A stretch of 64,000 bases of DNA. It comes from Squalus acanthias. Its lineage: Eukaryota. The translations under genes and the position numbers were made by a program. Within the stretch, counting starts at the first letter, position 1; each line of letters begins with the position of its first letter. Location: positions 13,640,001-13,704,000 of the forward strand of contig CM059449.1 of NCBI GenBank assembly GCA_030390025.1, in the 5' to 3' direction. The notes beneath the pieces are model-generated. The model saw only the letters and a program-made list of their open reading frames with translations, made no database searches and was not told the origin of the DNA. Positions 38,101 to 47,248 of this stretch are shown here, piece by piece.

Positions 38101-41100
38101 AGCTGAGGCCCCAACACTGATCTTTGCGGCACCCCACTAGTTACAGCCTGCCAACCTGAAAAAGATCCGTTTATCCCTACTATCTGTTTTCTGTCCGTTA
38201 ACCAATCCTCTATCCATGCTACCAAATTACCCCCAACCCCATGAGCCCAATCTTGTGTAATAACCTTTTATGTGGCACCTTATCGAATGCCTTTTGGAAA
38301 TCCAAATATACTACGTCCACTGGTTCCCCTTTATCTACCCTGCTAGTTACTTCCTCAAAAACTCTAATAAACTCGATGGGCTCGACGGGCCGAATGGCAT
38401 CCTTCTGCGCTGTAACCATTCCATGATTCTATGATTCTATTTCAAAAGTATTTCGTTGGCTGCAAAGCACTTTGGGACACCATGAGGTTGCAAAGCGCGC
38501 TATATTAATGCAAAACTTTATTTTTTCAAGTAGATAAACAGATTCTTGCACCCATTATTTCCTCTCTCTATATATACATATCACTAAAGTGCTTTATTTG
38601 ATACACACCAATCTTACTTCCAATATCTCTCTTTTGGCTTCTGCCATTATTGTTCTTGCATTTCTCGACTTATAATGTAACCACCTCTTCTGTAACGCTT
38701 TTCTTGTATAGATTAACATTGAGCGATAGCTGCTTCTGGATGATAAATGAACATGTTCAGAGATATGGATAGCCATGGTTACCATTAGGCCATTAAGTGC
38801 AATCAAGATTATATATTATCTACCAAATATATGCTGACAGTGGTGGAAGCTTGTTGGGCTGATGATTTTACATGCTGGTTGGCTGCCTGCTCTACTGAAC
38901 ACATGGAAGCTGCCTGTCTTGTGGCACTCTTAAGTTAGTCTTCATTCAATCATTGGAACATCCCACCGACAGTATATCCCTTTCAGTATCAGCTTAGAAA
39001 CATCTGGAAATTATTTCATAAAACACAAGCAGTTATCCACTGTATAATGTATTAATTTGAAGTATTTAATGCATTAGGCATTTTCTAATGTTAAAAGGAG
39101 ATGGAGTAACTATGGTGGGCTTATTTCTTTCTNNNNNNNNNNNNNNNNNNNNNNNNNNNNNNNNNNNNNNNNNNNNNNNNNNNNNNNNNNNNNNNNNNNN
39201 NNNNNNNNNNNNNNNNNNNNNNNNNNNNNNNNNNNNNNNNNNNNNNNNNNNNNNNNNNNNNNNNNNNNNNNNNNNNNNNTTATTCTCCATATAAACTTAC
39301 GTTTAACTGTTAATATTGTTCCTGCTCCAGTGTCTTTCCCGACGAAGAATATCTCCACCTGACAGTAATATGTGCCTGAGTCATTGTGGTTCACGTTTGT
39401 GATCGCGATAGTAGCGTTTCGATTCGCTTTGAAGGATGATCTTTCCACGTCCATAATTCTACCCGAGTATTTTGCGGATGTATTCGACACCCTGTACTCT
39501 TCTCCTCCATCTCTTACGTCTTTGTACCAAGAGAAGGCCCCCGTGTGTTGAACGCCAGATGTGTTGTAAGTGCAGCGCAGGTGGACTGTCTCTCCCTCGG
39601 TAGCCTCAATGAAAGGTGGTGTTTGAAACACGTTGACCTTGCTGGCAGCTGCCGCTGTAACATAAATGCCCAGGGAAGTTTATGTACAAAGAGAGATAGC
39701 TCTTCCACGTCTACAACAGCTGCGATAACACAATCATGTCAAACTAGGTTCTGTTTCACCATATACTTCGAAGAATCCCGTTATCAAACGCAGCTAACGC
39801 GTTGACAAAGCTATTTCGCTCCGTATAAGGACTACTCGTGTAGGTCATGTTAACGTGAGTGATACTGTAACCTAACGGCAAGAAGTAGTTTCAATTGATG
39901 TTCTAGGTCTAATTAATCTATAAATATGATCAACTTAGATCTCAATCATTCAACAAATTAGAAGCAAAATCTGTCTACCATAAACAGTTACTTCATATGA
40001 TGAATATTTTCATTATATACTTTCATTCTGCCAGCATTTCACACTTCACACTTCTGAGCCATCTTTTGTTTCTTAACCTGTCCTATTACCATCTCGTCTT
40101 GCCTTGAGCATCTCTTAATGTCTCTACTTATCATAGACCACCCCTTTTGTTCTTTAATTCCTCCCCCCAGCCTCCCACTTGCTTTTTTATCTGTTTCATT
40201 TCCTGCTTTTTTCTCAGTTCTGACGAAAGGTCTTCGACCTGAAACGTTAAATCTATTTCTTTCTCCACGGATGTTGCCTGGCCTGCTGAGTATTTCCAGC
40301 GTTTTTTGTTGTTGTTTCACTTTTCCAGCATCTGCAGTATTTTGCGATCGTACTTCATATGATGAATATTTTCTCAGCTGCACGCTATGCCATGATATAC
40401 TTCTAACTACTCTGGTATTATCCAGACCTGCACGATTGTAGAAGTAAGGACCACAATCCGTTAATTGCTATCACATCGTGTGAGTTCAGTTCAAGATTGT
40501 AGTCTTTGTGATGGGCTATAGGACTGTGAATGCTTGCATCTCTATATGCACAGATAGACACAGAGGTGCGGCCGTCAGAGTTAGTACAGAAGCTCCAGTA
40601 AACACAGCTGACATATAAAACTACTTAAGTACATAAGTACATAAGAAATAGGAGCAGGAGTAGGCCATACAGCCCCTCGAGCCTGCTCCGCCATTCAATA
40701 AGATCATGGCTGATCTTCCACCTCAACTCCACTTTCCTGCACTATCCCCATATCACTTGATTCCCCTAGAGTCCAAAAAGCTATCGATCTCAGTCTTGAA
40801 TATACTCAACGACTGAGCCTCCACAGCCCTCTGGGATAGAGAATTCCATGATTCACAACCATGCCATTGAAGAAATTACTCCTCATCTCAGTCCTAAATG
40901 GGCGACCCCTTATCCTGAGACTATGCCCCCTAGTTCCAGACTCTCCAGCCAGGGGAATCAGCCTCTCAGCATCTACCCTGTCAACCCTCTCAGAATCTTA
41001 TATGTTTCAATGAGATCACCTCTCATTAATCTAAACTCCAGAGTGTATTGGCCCATTCTACTCAATCTCGCCTCATAGGAGAAGACTCTCATCCCAGGAA

Positions 41101-43164
41101 TCAATATAATGAGCCTTCGTTGCACCCTCTCTGGGGCAAGTATATCGTTAGGTACGGAAACTTAAACTGTGCACAGTACTCCAGGTGTGGTCTCACCAAA
41201 GCCCTGTACAATTGCAGCAAGACTTCCTCACACTTGTACTCCAACCCCTTGCAATAAAGGCCAACATACCAGTTGCCTTCCTAATTGTTTGCTGTACCTG
41301 CATGTTAACTTTCTGTATTTTGTGTACAAGAGCACCCAAATCTCTCTGAACACCAATATTTAACAGTTCTTCACCATTTAAAAAACACTTCAGAAAAAAA
41401 ACACTGGTTCCATTAAACTAAACCCGAATAGACTCATGGCCCAAACACAGAAAGGTCCCCAAATGTATTTGGTAGTCTTGCTCCTTGAAACAATGGACCA
41501 TATAAACTTCACATTAACTTAAAGATAGGCTGCACTAGACAGGGAGCCAATGTTGAATAAACTTACGTTTCACGGTTAGTATTGTGCCCGGCCCAGTTTC
41601 TGTTCCAACGTCGAACATTTCGACTTGGCAGTAGTATGTTCCTGAATCTGCCAGTCTGGTCGTGCTGATGGTAATGGACGCGTCTTTGTTTTCTCTGAAG
41701 GAATGTCTATCGGTCATAGCAATTCGGCCGAGGAAATCTCTTGAATTGTTAGAAACCATACAGGTTTCGTTCTTGCATTTCTTATACCACCTGAATGCAC
41801 CATTAGTTTCCCTTTCTGTAGCAATGTAAGTACAGGGTAAGTGTGCTCTCTCTCTTTCGAAGACATCAATTGAAGGGGTCTGAATGATTATGATGCTAGC
41901 AGAGTGGGCTCCTGTCAAACAAATGTCTAATTAGCAACTTCAAACTACCTCTTTCATATGGGACATCAGCATCATGCCTTCGTCTTACTTTTATCCCATT
42001 TCCTCTCATGCTAATAATACTGCGTTCCGCCAGTGCGTGGAAATAAAACATTATTGTAGAATTGTATCATTCTCAACAAGTAAAAAGGACATTGGCCGCG
42101 ATTTCCCCTACACTCGGCGGGTCCGGTGCGGCTGGGGTCGGTGGCGGCTCCAGCCCGCTCTGTGAAATGATTTTACCTGGATAGGGCTTGTTAAGCCCCG
42201 CCCAGCGGGTTTCCAGGCCAATTGAAGGAAACGGGTCTGATGACGTCATTTGATGACGCGACAGCAGCCGGTTTCCTTAAAGGGACCATGCGCAAATTGA
42301 TTTTGACAGTTGTGCTAAGAACATAAGAACATAAGAAATAGGAGCAGGAGTAGGCCATACAACCCATCGAGCCTGCTCCGCCATTCAATAAGATCATGGC
42401 TGATCATTCATCTCAACTCCACTTTCCTGCACTATCCCCATATCCCTCGATTCCCCTAGAGTCCAAAAATCTATCGATCTCAGGCTTGAATATACTCAGA
42501 GACTCAGTATCCACAGCCATCTGGGGCAGAAAATTCCAAAGATTCACAACCCTCTGAGTGCATAAAATCCTCCTCATCTCGGTCTTAAATGGCCGACCCC
42601 TTATCCTGAGACTATGCCCCCTAATTCTAGACACTCCAGCCAGGGGAAACAACCTCTCAGCATCTACCCTGTCAATTCCCTTCAGAATCTTGTATGTTTC
42701 AGTAAGATCACCTCTCATTCTTCTAAACTCCAGAGAGTATAGGCCCATTCTACGCAATCTCTCATCATAGGACAGCCCTCTCATCCCAGGAATCAATCTA
42801 GTGAACCTTTGTTGCACCACCTCCAAGGCAAGTATGTCCTTCCTTAGATAAGGAGACCAAAACTGTGCACAGTACTCCAGGTGTGGTCTCACCAAGGCCC
42901 TGTACAATTGTAGCAAGACTTCCTTACTCTTATATTTCAACCCCCATGCAATATAAGCCAACATGCCAGCTGCCTTCCTTATTGCTTGCTGTACCTGCAT
43001 GCTAGCTTTCTGTGTTTCTTGCACGAGGACACCCAAATCTCTCTGAACACCAACATTTCAAAGTTTCTCACCATTTAAAAAAATTCCTAAATCTGTTTCT
43101 TACTCTGTTGGGGAAGGTCGGAGGCAAAGGAAACAATAATAACATACAACATAATTAGTAACAT
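32126..43164 (-). CDS. NCR3: Multi-exon gene model: NKp30/NCR3-like Ig-superfamily receptor with three VJ-type V domains (leader 43164-43104; V1 41911-41567; V2 39654-39301; V3 36500-36147; possible micro-exon 33105-33088; TM from 33028; possible tail exon 32166-32126)
   Basis: The leader, V1, V2, V3 and TM exons are in order on one strand, joined by compatible phase-1 GT-AG introns, with no stops. The V domains resemble human NKp30 as I recall it (Q-P-P start, EG..L.C, W.K/R, GR, D.G.Y.C.VE, G.GT.L.V), and the TM has a basic residue. The symbol indicates family resemblance, not proven orthology. Confidence 0.72.
32848..33028 (-). CDS. NCR3: Stalk/transmembrane exon (DRDHPEKRGRSLPWQLLELGVKLAVFVLLILLTIFLVHFCESRG...)
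   Basis: Acceptor ttgtttgtttctacatag| in phase 1, followed by a ~22-aa hydrophobic stretch containing Lys. The 3' end is uncertain: GT donor after 32848, GC donor after 32852, or read-through to the stop at 32778. Confidence 0.72.
33088..33105 (-). CDS. Possible 18-nt stalk micro-exon (x-IYSEQ-)
   Basis: ctag|ATATCTACTCCGAACAAG|gtgagt. Strong donor, phase 1-1, 59 nt upstream of the TM exon acceptor. The polypyrimidine tract is weak. Confidence 0.35.
33262..33815 (+). mobile_element. DeuSINE fragment followed by a CR1 3' fragment
   Basis: Deu domain at 33262-33480, then RADLIEVFK...FFTQRVVRIWN at 33485-33815. Confidence 0.8.
33820..35100 (-). mobile_element. CR1 LINE fragment (left boundary of the V-exon duplication)
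   Basis: ORFs 33915-34442 and 34520-34933 encode the CR1 RT and C-terminus. Confidence 0.92.
35883..36114. other. Assembly gap (232 N)
   Basis: Run of N. Confidence 1.
36147..36500 (-). CDS. NCR3: Ig V-set (VJ-type) exon 3, NKp30-like; recent duplicate of exon 2
   Basis: Acceptor atgttacag| and donor |gtaagt, 354 nt, phase 1-1. About 12 nt differences from exon 2 by hand count. Confidence 0.9.
37110..38420 (-). mobile_element. Chimeric CR1 at the duplication junction
   Basis: The 3' part matches the copy at 40628 and the 5' part matches the copy at 33820. Confidence 0.88.
39133..39279. other. Assembly gap (147 N)
   Basis: Run of N. Confidence 1.
39301..39654 (-). CDS. NCR3: Ig V-set (VJ-type) exon 2, NKp30-like
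   Basis: Acceptor atgttacag| and donor |gtaagt, 354 nt, phase 1-1. Encodes VFQTPPFIEATEGETVHLRCTY...FSWYK...YSGRI...DSGTYYCQVEIFFVGKDTGAGTILTVK. Confidence 0.9.
40012..40350 (+). mobile_element. Short Penelope-like UTR insertion with 23-bp TSD and hammerhead motif (40216-40252)
   Basis: tacttcatatgatgaatattttc is duplicated at 39989-40011 and 40351-40373. The paralogous empty site is at 36835-36857. Confidence 0.85.
40628..41385 (-). mobile_element. CR1 LINE 3' fragment
   Basis: CR1 tail and C-terminal coding remnant. Confidence 0.88.
41567..41911 (-). CDS. NCR3: Ig V-set (VJ-type) exon 1, NKp30-like
   Basis: Acceptor tttgtttgacag| and donor |gtaagt, 345 nt, phase 1-1. Encodes AHSASIIIIQTPSIDVFERERAHLPCTY...FRWYK...FLGRI...LADSGTYYCQVEMFDVGTETGPGTILTVK, with canonical Cys, Trp, DxxxYYC and GxGT motifs. 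Confidence 0.9.
42318..43085 (-). mobile_element. CR1 LINE 3' fragment in the leader-V1 intron
   Basis: ORF 42413-43036 encodes the CR1 C-terminus, with an (aagaacat)n tail. Confidence 0.9.
43104..43164 (-). CDS. NCR3: Leader (signal peptide) exon MLLIMLYVIIVSFASDLPQQ
   Basis: ATG at 43164, 20 codons plus 1 nt, hydrophobic core, then donor A|GTAAGA (phase 1). Joins V1 in frame to read ...QQRAHSASIIIIQTP. Confidence 0.7.
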
Positions 43165-44217
43165 CAACCACAATGAAAATAGAAGCCTTATATTTTAGCA
43201 AATGTTTACAAATTCAACCTTCACATAAAAGATCACACTTTAAAGATGTTACATTAATTACCTTGTAAAGATTGTTGCTGAATGACTTGCTGTGTACAGT
43301 CAACTTCCCTTAATTGAAAGTAACTTGAAGTAAATGATCTATTATTTTTAGCAATAAACTCCCACTTTGCTGTTATTTATATTTCTTAATTCAAATTATT
43401 GAACATTTCAAATTTTAAGCACGAAGATAGGAATTTACTAGACCATAAAAGACCATAGTCTATCTAGCTCGCCTTCTACCATCCTGGTAATTCCATAATA
43501 CAATGATAATGGGGTTGTTGACCAATCATTGCAATCAGTCTCTATCAATGAGTCTACAACAGACCCAGACATGAGGTGAGGAAAACCCCCAGTGCTGGAG
43601 AGCTTTGGGAACCATAGGTCCAAAGCCACCTGCTCATCCCAAGGGTGCTACACTTACCACAGGGCACGTCTCAAATTACTCATATACAGTATCCCAAAGT
43701 GTTATTTTCTGAAAGAAATCTATCTAATTTTCTTTGAATGAATCAACAATAACTGCTTCCACCATCTCCCTAGTCTGTTCTGTAGACTGACCACTCAAGT
43801 CACTGAAATATTGTTCCCAGATACATTTTGAATTTACCCCACCCCCAACCACACCCCCCGAAGTGCGGGCTGTGTCCTCTGGTTCTACTCTTCTGCACAA
43901 GGTGAAACAGCTCGTCATGGGTTACAGGATCAAGTCCCTTCAGAATCCTGAAAACAGCAATCATATCAGCAGAAAAAAATGACTTTAAATGATCAGAAAC
44001 AGACAGTACTTCCATGATTTTCTAATCTATAACTTCTGATTTCCAATATTTGCAGTTTCATTTTCTAATATCTGAAGCTATGTTATCTTTAAGGGTGGCA
44101 GACACCAACACGGGTCTCATTTTAAACCCAAAATGAGTGACTATAGTGGGGGGCAGGCAACATCAACATAGGAACATCATTAACCTTATGGAGCTCACAC
44201 CCGCCACTCTCACCATG

Positions 44218-47200
44218 GCGTCAGCCGTGGCTCGGTGGTAGCACTCTCGCCTATGAGTCAGAAGGTTGTGGGCTGTGGAAAGTCCCACTCCAGAGATTGG
44301 AGCACAAAATCTAGGACGACACTCAAGTGCAGTGCTGAGAGACAACATTCTCTCTAATTTTTATTTTAGGTGCGTGGTCCCTTTACATTTGCTGTGCGGC
44401 TGCGCAACAGCTAGTGAGCGGCCCGCGCGGGTCACCCCCGATCGCTGCTGAGCAGGGCAGTTTAAAGAGAACATTGCGGATCGAGCGCCGCACTGTCAGA
44501 TGTGCCGCCGATCGGATGAGATGCTAAACCGAGGCCCCATCTGTCCTCTCAGGTGGACGTAAAAGATCCCATGGCACTATTTCGAAGAAGAGCTGGGGTG
44601 TTTCCGGCACTATTTGAAGAAGAGCAGCGGAGTTTCCAACACTATTCGAAGAAGAGCAGAGGAGTTTCCGGCACTATTCGAAGAAGAGCAGGGAAGTTTC
44701 CGGCACTATTCGAAGAAGAGCAGGGAAGTTTCCGGCACTATTCGAAGAAGAGCAGGGGCGTTTCCGGCACTATTCGAAGAAGAGCAGCGGAGTTTCCGGC
44801 ACTATTCGAAGAAGAGCAGCGGAGTTTCCGGCACTATTCGAAGAAGAGCAGGGGCGTTTCCGGCACTATTCGAAGAAGAGCAGCGGAGTTTCCGGCACTA
44901 TTCGAAGAAGAGCAGCGGCGTTTCCGGCACTATTCGAAGAAGAGCAGCGGAGTTTCCGGCACTATTCGAAGAAGAGCAGCGGAGTTTCCGGCACTATTCG
45001 AAGAAGAGCAGCGGAGTTTCCGGCACTATTCGAAGAAGAGCAGGGGAGTTTCCGGCACTATTCGATGAAGAGCTGCGGAGTTTTCGGCACTATTCGAAGA
45101 AGAGCAGGGGAGTTTCCGGCACTATTCGAAGAAGAGCAGGGGAGTTTCTGGCACTATTCGAAGAAGAGCAGCGGAGTTTCCGGCACTATTCGAAGAAGAG
45201 CAGGGGAGTTTCCGGCACCATTCGAAGAAGAGTAGGGGAGTTTCCGGCACTATTCGAAGAAGAGCAGGGGAGTTTCCGGCACTATTCGAAGAAGAGCAGC
45301 GGAGTTTCCGGCACTATTCAAAGAAGAGCAGCGGAGTTTCCGGCACTATTCGAAGAAGAGCAGCGGAGTTTCCGGCACTATTCGAAGAAGAGCAGGGGAG
45401 TTTCCGGCACTATTCGAAGAAGAGCAGGCGAGTTTCCGGCACTATTCAAAGAAGAGTAGGGGAGTTTCCGGCACTATTCGAAGAAGAGCTGGGGAGTTTC
45501 CAGCACTATTCGAAGAAGAGCTGGGGAGTTTCCTGCACTATTCAAAGAGGAGCGGGGGAGTTTCCAGCACTATTCGAAGAAGAGCAGGGGAGTTTCCTGC
45601 ACTATTCGAAGAAGAGCTGGGGAGTTTCCAGCACTATTCGAAGAAGAGCAGGCGAGTTTCCGGCACTATTCAAAGAAGAGTAGGGGAGTTTCCGGCACTA
45701 TTCGAAGAAGAGCTGGGGAGTTTCCAGCACTATTCGAAGAAGAGCTGGGGAGTTTCCTGCACTATTCGAAGAGGAGCGGGGGAGTTTCCAGCACTATTCG
45801 AAGAAGAGCAGGGGAGTTTCCAGCACTATTCGAAGAAGAGCAGGGGAGTTTCCAGCACTATTCGAAGAAGAGTAGGGGAGTTTCCGGCACTATTCGAAGA
45901 AGAGCAGGGGAGTTTCCGGCACTATTCGAAGAAGAGCAGCGGAGTTTCCGGCACTATTCAAAGAAGAGCAGCGGAGTTTCCGGCACTATTCGAAGAAGAG
46001 CAGCGGAGTTTCCGGCACTATTCGAAGAAGAGCAGGGGAGTTTCCGGCACTATTCGAAGAAGAGCAGGCGAGTTTCCGGCACTATTCAAAGAAGAGTAGG
46101 GGAGTTTCCGGCACTATTCGAAGAAGAGCTGGGGAGTTTCCAGCACTATTCGAAGAAGAGCTGGGGAGTTTCCTGCACTATTCAAAGAGGAGCGGGGGAG
46201 TTTCCAGCACTATTCGAAGAAGAGCAGGGGAGTTTCCTGCACTATTCGAAGAAGAGCTGGGGAGTTTCCAGCACTATTCGAAGAAGAGCAGGCGAGTTTC
46301 CGGCACTATTCAAAGAAGAGTAGGGGAGTTTCCGGCACTATTCGAAGAAGAGCTGGGGAGTTTCCAGCACTATTCGAAGAAGAGCTGGGGAGTTTCCTGC
46401 ACTATTCGAAGAGGAGCGGGGGAGTTTCCAGCACTATTCGAAGAAGAGCAGGGGAGTTTCCAGCACTATTCGAAGAAGAGCAGGGGAGTTTCCAGCACTA
46501 TTCGAAGAAGAGCAGGGGAGTTTCCGGCACTATTCGAAGAAGAGCTGGGGAGTTTCCAGCACTATTCGAAGAAGAGTAGGAGAGTTTCCGGCACTATTCG
46601 AAGAAGAGCAGCGGAGTTTCTGGCACTATTCGAAGAAGAGCTGGGGAGTTTCCAGCACTATTCGAAGAAGAGCTGGGGAGTTTCCAGCACTATTCGAAGA
46701 AGAGCTGGGGAGTTTCCGGCACTATTCGAAGAAGAGCAGCGGAGTTTCCGGCACTATTCGAAGAAGAGCAGCGGAGTTTCCGGCACTATTCGAAGAAGAG
46801 CTGGGGAGTTTCCAGCACTATTCGAAGAGGAGCAGGGGAGTTTCCAGCACTGTTCAAAGAAGAGCTGGGGAGTTTCTGGCACTATTCGAAGAAGAGCAGG
46901 GGAGTCTCCGGCACTATTCGAAGAAGAGCTGTGGAGTTTCCGGCACTATTCGAAGAAGAGCTGTGGCATTTCCGGCACTATTCGAAGAAGAGCAGGGGAA
47001 TTTCCAGCACTATTCGAAGAAGAGCAGGGGAGTTATCCCAGTGTCTTGGCCAATATTTATCCCTCAACCAGCATCACTAAAACAGATTATCTGGTCATTA
47101 TCACATTGCTGTTTGTGGGAGCTTGCTGTGTGCAAAGTGGCTGCCCGTTTCCTACATTACAACAGTGACTGCGCTTCAAAAAGTACTTCATTGGCTGTAA

Positions 47201-47248
47201 AGTGCTTTCAGACGTCCTGAGGTTGTGAAAGGCGCTGTAGAAATGTAA
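44218..47248 (+). mobile_element. DeuSINE expanded by an internal minisatellite and a small TIR insertion
   Basis: Head at 44218-44340, Deu domain at 44485-44600, and tail resuming at 47035-47248. Confidence 0.85.
44573..47034. repeat. 32-bp minisatellite (ggcactattcgaagaagagcaggggagtttcc), about 77 copies
   Basis: Direct head-to-tail repeats with no spacers. The unit is a segment of the SINE Deu domain. Confidence 0.97.

Larger units (their letters stand above)
34110..40920. repeat. Tandem duplication, ~3.3 kb unit, each copy carrying one V exon
   Basis: 34110-37400 matches 37400-40920 at about 97% by eye. The offset between equivalent ORFs is 3292. The second copy has an extra PLE insertion. 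Confidence 0.9.

Noticed and set aside
34110-40920. V2/V3 duplication as a haplotype assembly artefact
   Set aside because: The head-to-tail junction (the chimeric CR1) lies within gap-free sequence, and one unit carries its own insertion. This favours a real tandem duplication, although the copy number is uncertain.
36147-41911. Rearranging Ig/TCR V segments
   Set aside because: Each exon already includes the J-like G strand and ends at a splice donor. There is no flanking RSS and no constant domain.
44573-47034. CRISPR-like array, or repeat-protein ORFs 44553-45068 and 44614-45459
   Set aside because: The units are contiguous with no unique spacers, there are no cas genes, and the context is eukaryotic. 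The ORFs arise only because the SINE-derived 32-mer usually lacks stops.
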